DNA of 25,394 nucleotides, taken from contig JAYOTF010000002.1 of NCBI GenBank assembly GCA_038150265.1, forward strand, positions 143,252 through 168,645, written 5' to 3'. The notes under the pieces are model-generated. The model did not search any database. It had not been told where the DNA came from and was given only the letters and a program-made list of their open reading frames with translations. This stretch comes from Deltaproteobacteria bacterium (GTDB lineage: Bacteria; SAR324; NAC60-12). The translations under genes were made by a program, and so were the position numbers. Below are positions 7,420-16,098 of this stretch, piece after piece. Numbering within the stretch: position 1 is the first letter of the stretch; each line of letters opens with the position of its first letter.

Positions 7420-9996
7420 ATGCTGGACGCCTTCCTGAACCAAACCGCCCACTGGTTTGAGCTCCTTCCTGAGCGCCTTGCGCGCCGGGGTCGCTCAATT
7501 GGGCTCATCTTCATCCTGGTCACCATGGGGCTGGGAGCAGGAATCCCGGGACTGAAGGTGGACATGACCCTGGAATCCTACTTTCAGGAGGATGACCCGA
7601 TGAAGGTCAACCTCGACCGCTTCCGGGCCCTCTTCGGAAGTGACGAGGTGACCTACATCATCTATCGTGCGAAGGATGGCGACATCTTCTCTGATGCCTC
7701 GCTCCGTGCGCTTCAGGGCATTCAGCAGGAGCTGCAGGCCGCGCGAACCAGTCGGAACTCGGCGGAACCGGATCCGCTGGACCACCTCACGGAGGTCCGG
7801 ACCCTGCTCAATGCCTCCTACCTGGAGGCGACCGACGACGCCTTGATTTCGCGCCGGTTCATCGGCGACCGCCTTCCGCAGAACGAAGCCGAGCGCGAAG
7901 CCCTGCGCCAGGCGGCTCTGGCTCATCCGGACTTCCCGCTCTTCTTCCTGTCCCGCGATTCGGAGTATGGTGGGCTCATCCTCCGGACGGATTTTGGAAC
8001 ACGCCTGAAGGGGGCGGAGCCTCCGGAGGCGCCTTCTTCAGAGCCGACGGCCTCCGGAGACGAGTTTGGCTTTGGCGGTGACCTGGAAGAGGCGCTGGTG
8101 GATTTTTCAGGTGAGCCCGCGGTGGTGGAAGCCAGCCGGACGGAGGGGCTTCCGGAGTTTCAGCGGACTGAAATGGAGGAATACGGGGGCTTCGCGCAGG
8201 CCGTGCATCAGATTTTGGAGCAGCCTCAGTACCTCGATGCCCTTGAGTACCACCCGGTGGGCATGCCGGAGCTGATGTTCTTCCTCATGGAGACGGTCAT
8301 GACCGAGATGGGCGTGGTGTCGCTCGGGTCGCTCCTGCTGATCCTGGGGGCGCTGGCGCTGCTGTTCCGCTCCTGGAGCGCCATGGTCTGGCCGGTTGTG
8401 CTGGTGGTCGGGGCGCTGGTGTGGGTGCTGGGGCTGGTCGGTTGGATGGGGATGACGATGAGCTCGATGGTGACCATCATCGTGTACCTGGTGCTGGCGG
8501 TCGGTGTCTCTGATGCCGTTCACATTCTTTCCGGGTACCTCTACTTCCGGAACCTGGGCCAGGACCACCGGGAGGCGCTGCGGCTCACGTTTCAGAAGAG
8601 CGGGCTGGCTTGTGTCCTCACCAGCGTCACCACGGCCATCGGGCTGCTCTCGTTGCTGCTGGTGCCGATTGTGCCGATCAGCACCTTCGGGATGTTTTCG
8701 GCACTGGGAGTGGGGCTGGCGTTGCTGATGACGCTGTTCTGGCTTCCGATCATGCTCGATCGTTGGGCGCCGTCGCCTCGTCCGTCAGGCGGCACCCGCT
8801 CACGGCACCATGGGGTGCAGCAACTGCTGCAACGGCTGGAGCCCTTGAGCTACCAGGCGCCCGTAGCGGTGACACTGGCGTTTGCGGGCATCGGAGCAGT
8901 GCTGCTGGTGGGTGTCTTCCGGGTGCAGGTGGACTCCAACATGGTCAACCTCATCAAGGAGGGGGTGCCGCTCCGGGAAACCTATGAGCTGGTGGACCAG
9001 AAGATGAGCGGGACCAATAGCATGGAACTGCTGATTGATGGCAAGCAGGCGGGGGTGCTCAAGGATCCGGACGTGCTGCAGGCGATGGACGACCTGCAGC
9101 GTCACCTGGAGCAGCAGTATCCCGACCTGGTGACCCGCACCACGTCTCTGGTCAACATCGTCAAGGATTCCTACCGGGTCCTCAATGAGGGCCGTCCAGA
9201 CTGGTATCGGCTTCCGGAAGATCCGGCGGTGCTGAGCAACACCCTCTTTCTCTTCAACAACGCCGACCCCGGAGAGCGGCGACGCGTGGTGACGGATGAT
9301 TACGCGATGGGACGCATTGCCGTCAGCCTCCGGAACGCCGGCTCGCAGGAGTACCGGGCCTTGATTGATGAGACCGAACAGTGGGCTCACCAGCGCTTTG
9401 CCCCTCTGCTGGGCAAGTATCCGGACCTGACCATTGGTGGAACCGGAACCCTTGCGCTGACGATGGTGCTGACCGACTACATCAGCTGGTCGCAGATCAA
9501 GAGCTTCGGGCTGGCCCTGGCGGTCATTTCAGCGCTGCTGCTGATCACCTTCGGCTCCCTCAAGGCGGGGCTGGTGGCCCTCTTTCCGAACCTCTTCCCA
9601 ATCCTGACCATCTTTGGCCTGATGGGCTGGCTGGAGATGCCGCTGGACGCGGACACCTTGCTGATTGCCCCCATCACCATCGGCATTGCCGTGGATGACA
9701 CCATTCACTTCCTCACGCACTACCGCGCCGAAATTCAGGTCCGGAACGATCCACGAGAAGCGATTCGCCATGCCTTCCGGGAGACGGGGCAGGCCATCAG
9801 CTTTACGTCCATCATCCTGTCACTGGGGTTCCTCATCTTCGTGTTTTCCACCCATCAGGGGCTGAGCAACTTCGGAGTCATGAGTGCCGTCGCGTTTGTT
9901 GCCGCCCTGCTTGCCGACCTGCTGCTGCTTCCGTCGCTGTGCTTGCTGGTCAACCTGCGCTTTGGTGCCCAGCAACCGGTGCCGGTGGCGACTTGA
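7420..9996 (+). CDS. MMPL/RND superfamily transporter
   Basis: 858 aa; two repeats of TM + large periplasmic loop + 5 TM; motifs AVGVSDAVH and GIAVDDTIHF. Confidence 0.92.
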   Translation: MLDAFLNQTAHWFELLPERLARRGRSIGLIFILVTMGLGAGIPGLKVDMTLESYFQEDDPMKVNLDRFRALFGSDEVTYIIYRAKDGDIFSDASLRALQGIQQELQAARTSRNSAEPDPLDHLTEVRTLLNASYLEATDDALISRRFIGDRLPQNEAEREALRQAALAHPDFPLFFLSRDSEYGGLILRTDFGTRLKGAEPPEAPSSEPTASGDEFGFGGDLEEALVDFSGEPAVVEASRTEGLPEFQRTEMEEYGGFAQAVHQILEQPQYLDALEYHPVGMPELMFFLMETVMTEMGVVSLGSLLLILGALALLFRSWSAMVWPVVLVVGALVWVLGLVGWMGMTMSSMVTIIVYLVLAVGVSDAVHILSGYLYFRNLGQDHREALRLTFQKSGLACVLTSVTTAIGLLSLLLVPIVPISTFGMFSALGVGLALLMTLFWLPIMLDRWAPSPRPSGGTRSRHHGVQQLLQRLEPLSYQAPVAVTLAFAGIGAVLLVGVFRVQVDSNMVNLIKEGVPLRETYELVDQKMSGTNSMELLIDGKQAGVLKDPDVLQAMDDLQRHLEQQYPDLVTRTTSLVNIVKDSYRVLNEGRPDWYRLPEDPAVLSNTLFLFNNADPGERRRVVTDDYAMGRIAVSLRNAGSQEYRALIDETEQWAHQRFAPLLGKYPDLTIGGTGTLALTMVLTDYISWSQIKSFGLALAVISALLLITFGSLKAGLVALFPNLFPILTIFGLMGWLEMPLDADTLLIAPITIGIAVDDTIHFLTHYRAEIQVRNDPREAIRHAFRETGQAISFTSIILSLGFLIFVFSTHQGLSNFGVMSAVAFVAALLADLLLLPSLCLLVNLRFGAQQPVPVAT

Positions 9997-10038
9997 ATGG
10001 CGTGCCCTCCCGCCTCTGATTCCTTCTGAAAGGCCACA

Positions 10039-10911
10039 ATGATCCATTTTCTGAAAGGGGCTCTGCTGCTGTTGGGGGTGCTCCTTGCCCCGCTGCTTCA
10101 TGCAGAAGACGCCCGTAGCATCATGAAGCAAACCCTCGACCGCGAGACCGGCGCCTCTGAAGTCTCTCGCGTGACCCTGACCACCTGCCGGACCGTCAAG
10201 CGTGCCGGCAAGCTGGCGTGTGCCGAAACTCCCCGGATCAAGCGCTTTGACAGCGTTCGCCTCGATGTCGGCCCTGCAGGTGAAGACAGCCGGTCGCTCA
10301 TGGTCATTCGGGAGCCTGCAGATGAGCGCGGCATTGGCTTCCTGCAGTACGACTACGACGCGGCCGGAAAGGATTCTGACCAGTGGATGTACCTGGCGGC
10401 GCTTGGCAAGGTGAAGCGCATCGTTGCAGGCGATGAAGATGAGCCGAAAACCGGAAGCTTCTTCGGCTCCGAAATTGGCTACGAAGACCTGTCGGCCCTG
10501 CACCTGGAAGACTTCACCTACCGCTTGCTGAAGGAAGCCACCTACCGGGGGCGTCCCTGCTGGATTGTGGAGAGCCGTCCCACGGACGCCTATGCGCCCC
10601 GGAGCAACTACAGTCGCTCCATTCAGTGGATCGATCAGGAGCGAAACCTGACGCTGAAGCTGCTGCTGTACGACCGCCAGGATCAGCCGGTCAAGCAGAT
10701 TCTGATGACCGAAGTGGAGCCGGTGGAAGGAATCTGGGTGGCGCGCAAGATGCTGGTGTTCAATGTACAAACGCGGCGACAGACCACGATGGCCCTGGAG
10801 GCGGTCCGCCTCAACCTGGACATTCCGGAAGCCCTGCTGACGCAGCGGGCCTTGACCGACGCGGCGTTCCGGGAAGGGCACCTGAACGCCCTGATGCAGC
10901 GGTTGCCATGA
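10039..10911 (+). CDS. LolA-like periplasmic 'outer membrane lipoprotein-sorting' family protein
   Basis: Signal peptide; 'PADERGIGFL...DQWMYLAALGKVKRI...SFFGSEIGYEDL' typical of the MMPL-associated family. Confidence 0.85.
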   Translation: MIHFLKGALLLLGVLLAPLLHAEDARSIMKQTLDRETGASEVSRVTLTTCRTVKRAGKLACAETPRIKRFDSVRLDVGPAGEDSRSLMVIREPADERGIGFLQYDYDAAGKDSDQWMYLAALGKVKRIVAGDEDEPKTGSFFGSEIGYEDLSALHLEDFTYRLLKEATYRGRPCWIVESRPTDAYAPRSNYSRSIQWIDQERNLTLKLLLYDRQDQPVKQILMTEVEPVEGIWVARKMLVFNVQTRRQTTMALEAVRLNLDIPEALLTQRALTDAAFREGHLNALMQRLP

Positions 10912-12308
10912 GAGCTCTGGGGGTGTTGCTGAGCCTGCTGGTTGGAGGAGCCGCCCTGGGAGCAGCGCCGGTTCCGGATGAGCTGGATGCCGGCTTTGAC
11001 ACCGGCTTTGGGGTGGAGGAAGACCTGCTGCTCAACCTGGCGCCAGCCGAGGCTCCTGCTCCACAAACCGATGCCCTTGCTCCCTTGCGCTGGACGCTTC
11101 AGCACGACCTCGCCTACCGTACCTCCGCAGATCGCCTGGTCAACAATCGCGTCTCCCTCCGGTTGGAAACCGAAGCCTTGTGGGGCGAACACGGGCTGGT
11201 GCGCTTCGATGGCAAACTTGCCTGGAATGCCATTTATGACGAGGCCGTGTACCCCGATCGGGAGTACCCCCAGAGCCTGCGGGACGCCTACCGCACCCAG
11301 CGGCTCTGGCGAGACGGATACGTGCAGGGAAGCTGGCCGGCTTTTTCGGTGAAGCTGGGGCAGCAGGTGGTGGTTTGGGGAAAGGCTGATGCCGCTGTGG
11401 TGACCGATGTGCTCAGTCCCCGGGACCAGACCCTGGGGTTCAACACACCGATTGACGAGACCCGCATCGGCCAGCGGATGCTGGTCCTTGAAGCCTACCC
11501 TGGTGCCAATCAGACGGTGACCCTGGTGTTCAATCCGGACCTGCAGGTCAACCAGACGGCACCGGCCGGGCATGAGTTTGCCTTCCCGTTTGTGCTTCCG
11601 GAAGGCGTCAGCCTCCTTCCAGAGAAGCGTCCCGAGTTGGGCTCGTTTGGGGAAACCGGGGTCCGCTGGAGTCGCACTTCCGGAGCCCTTGACCTGAGCT
11701 TCATGGGGGCGCAGTTGCTGGACAACGATCCTGTGTACGCGTGCGCTCAGTCCGGAAGCTGGCTGGGGGAGCCGACCTGCCTGGCGTTGCAGCCGGAGTA
11801 CCGCCCCGTGACGCTGGCTGGAGCTGGGTTCAACTGGAGCAACGGCGCCTTCTTGTGGAAAGGAGAAGGGGCGCTTTGGAAAAACCGGGCGTGGACCACC
11901 ACGGACTATGAGCACCATCCGGATGGCGTGGCCCTTCATGACCGTGTGGTGCTTGCCGGCGGGTGGGACTACTCGGGAGCCGGCACCACTCAGGTGACGG
12001 TTGAGGTCTCGGGGGAGCGGGTGCTCGGCTGGGAGCCATCTCTGCTGGAGGTTCCGGAGGAGCAGGTGCTGGCGCTTCTGAGGGCTTCTCAAGCGCTGAG
12101 GCAGGAAACCCTGCTTCCGGAACTCAGCCTGGCGTACCGTCCGGCTGAAGGCGAGTGGCTGGTTCAGGCCCGGCTGACGTACGACTGGAGCGACACGCTG
12201 CAGGTTTCTTGCTCCGGAACCTCGGTCTTGGCTCGCCAAGAGGATACCGCCTTTGGTAGGCTAAAGGCTTACCAACAAGTCGCAGCCCAGTGGGTGGCGG
12301 TTTTTTAG
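10908..12308 (+). CDS. Putative outer-membrane beta-barrel protein (DUF1302-like)
   Basis: ATG 10908 overlaps the upstream stop (ATGA); signal peptide; 'VKLGQQVVVWGKAD...DVLSPRD' motif; amphipathic strands; C-terminal Phe. Confidence 0.75.
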   Translation: MRALGVLLSLLVGGAALGAAPVPDELDAGFDTGFGVEEDLLLNLAPAEAPAPQTDALAPLRWTLQHDLAYRTSADRLVNNRVSLRLETEALWGEHGLVRFDGKLAWNAIYDEAVYPDREYPQSLRDAYRTQRLWRDGYVQGSWPAFSVKLGQQVVVWGKADAAVVTDVLSPRDQTLGFNTPIDETRIGQRMLVLEAYPGANQTVTLVFNPDLQVNQTAPAGHEFAFPFVLPEGVSLLPEKRPELGSFGETGVRWSRTSGALDLSFMGAQLLDNDPVYACAQSGSWLGEPTCLALQPEYRPVTLAGAGFNWSNGAFLWKGEGALWKNRAWTTTDYEHHPDGVALHDRVVLAGGWDYSGAGTTQVTVEVSGERVLGWEPSLLEVPEEQVLALLRASQALRQETLLPELSLAYRPAEGEWLVQARLTYDWSDTLQVSCSGTSVLARQEDTAFGRLKAYQQVAAQWVAVF

Positions 12309-12331
12309 TTTCACCACTTACGGCATCCTCA

Positions 12332-14080
12332 ATGGCTGTTTCCCGCCCCCGTGCCCGTTTTCTGTGTGCCCTGTTCAGCCTCCTTGGCCTGCTGAGTGTT
12401 GCGGCTCTCCCGGCCCCGGCCCAGCCGCTCAAACTGGAAGCGCTCGTGCTTCCGCTCAAGGTGGAGGGCCTTCAGGATGAAAAAGCCGGGCCGATTCTGC
12501 AGCAGCAGGCGCTGGCGGAGCTGTCTCAATCGTTTGACCTGAAGTCGGAGCAGGAAATGCTCGCGGCCCGCGACAAGGCCATTGACCGGATTGCCTCGGA
12601 CGAATGCACAGAGGAGGCGTGCATCAAGGTCATGGGGGAGCTGCTGGATGTGGACTACACCTTCACTCTGAGTGTGACCGCGTCCGGAGACTACTGGAGC
12701 TTCACCGGCATCCGTTCCGAACCGCTGGGCCGTCGGGTGCGCAAGAACCTGGTTTGCGAGCAGTGCACGCTGCCGAAAGCCCGGCGGGTGCTCACCGAGC
12801 TGCTGCTGGGATTGCGTCCGGGCAGCGCCGTGGCAGGCACCGGCGAGGCGATTCTGATCCTGGAGTCGGAGCCGAGTGGCCTTGTGTTTGTCAACGGGCT
12901 GTCGCAGGGCAGCACGCCCCTGGAGGTGGCAGTGCCCGTGTCCGGGCCCGTGGACGTCCTCATTGTGGCAGAAGGCTACACCGATTTTGCAAAGGTGTAC
13001 GAAAGCCTGCAGGCGGGAGAAGAGGTGGTGGAAACGGTCCGGTTGGTCCGCAAGCGCGCCCGAGCGTCCCTGGTCTCTGAGCCTTCCGGAGCCGAGATCT
13101 GGCTGGATGGCAAGCCCCTCAAGCGTCCGGATGGCTCGGTTCGGGTGACACCCGATGAGATTCGTCCGGAGTATGGCTCCCACGAACTGGAGCTGAAACT
13201 TGCGCGCTACCAGTCCTTTCAGACCCGCCTGGACGTGGAGGAGCGAGACCTGGGAACGCTCCGGTATGAGCTGACGCCCAAGCCGGGGCGGCTCGTGGTG
13301 CGGGTGCCTGGGAAGTTTCGCGAGGCTGATGTTCTGCGGGAGGGGCAGGTGTTGGGAGGCATGGAGGGGCAGATTGCCCGGACCTTTTCCGTGGAGGCCG
13401 CTCAGCTCCTGACGCTGCAGGTGGTTTCCGGAACCTTCCGCTCAGAAGTGCAGTCTGTGACGGTGCCTCCAGACGGATCGGCAACAGTGAGCTTTGAGAG
13501 CTTTTCAGAAGCGGAGGCCTCAACCCGGACGCCTTCGGGGTGGAACCGCGACTGGCACCTTTCGCTGTGGGACGGAAGCGCGTCGGCAGGGCTGGCGTAT
13601 GGCTCCATCACCATGACCTTCAACCAGGACACCTCGGATGAAATTCAGCTTTCCTACGGACTCACCGGTGCGGATCTGCAGGTGGGACGCATGGCGTTGC
13701 AGTGGATGAGCGCCGAGGGGGAAATGAGCGACGCGACGGGCGAGGCGGTGGATTCCTTTTACTACTCCAGTGACACGGGCATCCAACAGGTCACCGAGAC
13801 CAATGCGAGCCTGGTGCGGTTGCTGTACACCGCGAATCAGAGCGGCTGGATGGGCTCGGCAGGGTATGAGCAGGTGACCCTGAACTTTCAGACCCTGCGC
13901 CAGACGGAGACGGTACAGATGACCCACCCGACCTTTGATGTGGGCTATCGCTGGAACTGGTCCCGCTGGTTCCTGAGCCTCCGTTACCGGATGGCGCTCT
14001 CGTTTGCCAATGAGTGGGGACGGCAGTCAGCCTTTGGGGTGATCTTTGCCACGGGCGCTCGCTTTGGAAACACACCTTGA
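12332..14080 (+). CDS. PEGA-domain exported protein with probable C-terminal beta-barrel
   Basis: Signal peptide; PEGA repeats 'LESEPSGLVFVNGLSQGSTPL' and 'VSEPSGAEIWLDG...TP'; aromatic beta-strand-rich C-terminus; start taken as ATG 12332. Confidence 0.8.
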   Translation: MAVSRPRARFLCALFSLLGLLSVAALPAPAQPLKLEALVLPLKVEGLQDEKAGPILQQQALAELSQSFDLKSEQEMLAARDKAIDRIASDECTEEACIKVMGELLDVDYTFTLSVTASGDYWSFTGIRSEPLGRRVRKNLVCEQCTLPKARRVLTELLLGLRPGSAVAGTGEAILILESEPSGLVFVNGLSQGSTPLEVAVPVSGPVDVLIVAEGYTDFAKVYESLQAGEEVVETVRLVRKRARASLVSEPSGAEIWLDGKPLKRPDGSVRVTPDEIRPEYGSHELELKLARYQSFQTRLDVEERDLGTLRYELTPKPGRLVVRVPGKFREADVLREGQVLGGMEGQIARTFSVEAAQLLTLQVVSGTFRSEVQSVTVPPDGSATVSFESFSEAEASTRTPSGWNRDWHLSLWDGSASAGLAYGSITMTFNQDTSDEIQLSYGLTGADLQVGRMALQWMSAEGEMSDATGEAVDSFYYSSDTGIQQVTETNASLVRLLYTANQSGWMGSAGYEQVTLNFQTLRQTETVQMTHPTFDVGYRWNWSRWFLSLRYRMALSFANEWGRQSAFGVIFATGARFGNTP

Positions 14081-14090
14081 GGAAGCACGC

Positions 14091-14714
14091 ATGAGAACTC
14101 GGCCGTTCGTCGTGGGGTTTGCCGGAGGCACCAACTCTGGAAAGACCACCTTTGTTCATTATCTGGAAGCAGAGTTGGGAGCTGGACAGGTGGCGGTGCT
14201 TCGTCATGATGCCTACTACCGGCACCGTCCGGAGCTGGCGCTCAGCGAGCGTCAACGCATCAACTACGATCACCCGGACTCGCTGGAGACGGAGCTGTGT
14301 CATCAGCACCTGCAGGAATTGCTGGCCGGCCAGCCGATTCCGATGCCGGTTTACGACTTCTCGGCTCACCTCCGCTCCGACGCGGTGGAGTGGGTGCAGC
14401 CGGCCCCCCTGGTGTTTGTTGAAGGGATCCTGGTGTTCTGTGAGCCCGTACTGCGTGACGAGATGGACCTGAAGGTGTTTGTGGATGTGGAGGCGGACAT
14501 TCGGGTGCTGCGGCGCATCAACCGAGACATCGCCGAGCGTGGACGGACGCTGGATTCCGTGCAGCGTCAGTACCTGGAAACGGTGCGACCGATGCACGAC
14601 CACTTTGTGCAACCGAGCCAGCAATTTGCGGACTTAGTGGTGCTGCATGGGGGAGAAAATCGGGCTGCGGCCCAAGTGTTGCTTGACCACCTGCGTTCTT
14701 TAACCGCTCACTAA
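14091..14714 (+). CDS. udk: Uridine kinase
   Basis: P-loop GGTNSGKTT, HDAYY, NYDHPDS, VEGIL, RRINRDIAERGR, VRPMH; GAGGA RBS before ATG 14091. Confidence 0.96.
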   Translation: MRTRPFVVGFAGGTNSGKTTFVHYLEAELGAGQVAVLRHDAYYRHRPELALSERQRINYDHPDSLETELCHQHLQELLAGQPIPMPVYDFSAHLRSDAVEWVQPAPLVFVEGILVFCEPVLRDEMDLKVFVDVEADIRVLRRINRDIAERGRTLDSVQRQYLETVRPMHDHFVQPSQQFADLVVLHGGENRAAAQVLLDHLRSLTAH

Positions 14715-14735
14715 CGCAAGGAAAAAGAGAGCCCC

Positions 14736-15509
14736 ATGGAGGTCATTCCCATTCCCTGTCTGAAGGACAACTACGCCTACCTGCTGATCTGTCCCGATAC
14801 TCGCGAGGCCGCGGTGGTGGACCCTTCAGAAGCCCCTCCGGTTCAGCAGGCGCTGCAGGACCATCAGGCCCAACTGGTCGCCATCTTCAACACGCACCAC
14901 CACTGGGATCATGTGGGGGGCAACGAAGCGCTCTTTGCCGCGTTTCCAGGAATCCGGGTCTACGGACATGCCTCGGATCAGGGGCGCATCCCGCAGCAAA
15001 CGGAATTCCTTGAAGAAGGAAACACGGTTGAGTTCGGGAGCCAAAGTGGCGCTATCACACACAACCCCGGACACACCACCGGCGCCATTTCCTACATCTT
15101 CGGAGACTCGGTCTTCACAGGCGATACACTGTTTGCTGCCGGATGCGGACGCCTGTTTGAAGGCACGGCCGAAGACCTGCACCGCTCCTTGAACAAGCAG
15201 ATCGGCCGACTTCCGGACTCCACTCGGGTCTGGTTTGGACACGAGTACACGGCTCGGAACCTCGAGTTTGCGCTGGAGGTGGAGCCCGGCAATGCCACTG
15301 CTCGCCGGAAGCTGGCTGAGGTCCGGACCCTCCGGAATGCCGGAAGGTTCACCACACCCTCCACGCTCCGCTCCGAGCGGGAGACCAACCCCTTCATGCG
15401 CTGTTCCAGTCCCGAAATCCGGGAGCGCGTCCTTCAGGAAGACCCTGGCAACGACCTCTCGGAGGTGGCGGTGCTCCGGGTGCTTCGTTCTCTCAAAGAT
15501 CAGTTCTGA
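14736..15509 (+). CDS. gloB: Hydroxyacylglutathione hydrolase (glyoxalase II)
   Basis: DNYAYL, THHHWDHVGG (HxHxDH), PGHT, FTGDTLFAAGCGRLFEG, GHEYT, ETNPFMR. Confidence 0.96.
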   Translation: MEVIPIPCLKDNYAYLLICPDTREAAVVDPSEAPPVQQALQDHQAQLVAIFNTHHHWDHVGGNEALFAAFPGIRVYGHASDQGRIPQQTEFLEEGNTVEFGSQSGAITHNPGHTTGAISYIFGDSVFTGDTLFAAGCGRLFEGTAEDLHRSLNKQIGRLPDSTRVWFGHEYTARNLEFALEVEPGNATARRKLAEVRTLRNAGRFTTPSTLRSERETNPFMRCSSPEIRERVLQEDPGNDLSEVAVLRVLRSLKDQF

Positions 15510-15519
15510 ATCCCAACCG

Positions 15520-15545
15520 CTGAGGCGAGCGGCTACTCGCCTCAG
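15520..15545. terminator. Perfect 10-bp hairpin between convergent genes, probable bidirectional terminator or RNA-stabilising stem
   Basis: CTGAGGCGAG-cggcta-CTCGCCTCAG; no clear U-tract. Confidence 0.5.
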
Positions 15546-15949
15546 ATGTTGCGCAACGTGATGCCGAACTGGTGTCGGATCATGTTGAGCAGGTAGGGGT
15601 CGTTTTCCAAACCGGCAAACCGGATCTCCGTCCGGATCTTCTCGCGGATGGTGATGAGCTCCTGCTCCGTGGTGCTCATGTCAATTTCCTGCTGCAGGTT
15701 GGAACGTCGCAACGTATTGACAACGTCCATGCGCAGCCGATGTTTCAGTCGCCGTAGCTGCTCGGCAGGAATGGTCCCCAGCATGCTCTCAATCTCAGAC
15801 TGGGTATGGCCCATCAGAGAAAGCTTGAGCCAGATGGAGTACACATTTCCCCGGGTATCAGCGACCGGCTGTTGGCCCAATCCCGGAGGAACTCCCACCA
15901 GGAGGACCACCAGCAAGGCAACCAGGACGACTTTCATGCGAAAGTTCAT
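15542..15949 (-). CDS. Hypothetical exported helical protein (135 aa)
   Basis: AGGAAA RBS; hydrophobic N-terminus 'MKVVLVALLVVLLVGVPPGLG'; helical mature part. Confidence 0.75.
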   Translation of the reverse strand: MNFRMKVVLVALLVVLLVGVPPGLGQQPVADTRGNVYSIWLKLSLMGHTQSEIESMLGTIPAEQLRRLKHRLRMDVVNTLRRSNLQQEIDMSTTEQELITIREKIRTEIRFAGLENDPYLLNMIRHQFGITLRNI

Positions 15950-16098
15950 GTCAGTTTCCTAACACGGGTTTACAGAAAGCGGCACCGCTCCTCACTTCAG
16001 TATCAGTAAAGGTCTGGAACGGGTCCGCGTTGGGTAGCGCTCCACGTCACACACGGGCCCAATTGGACACCGCGCGGAGGGAGCGTTCCCACAATTCA

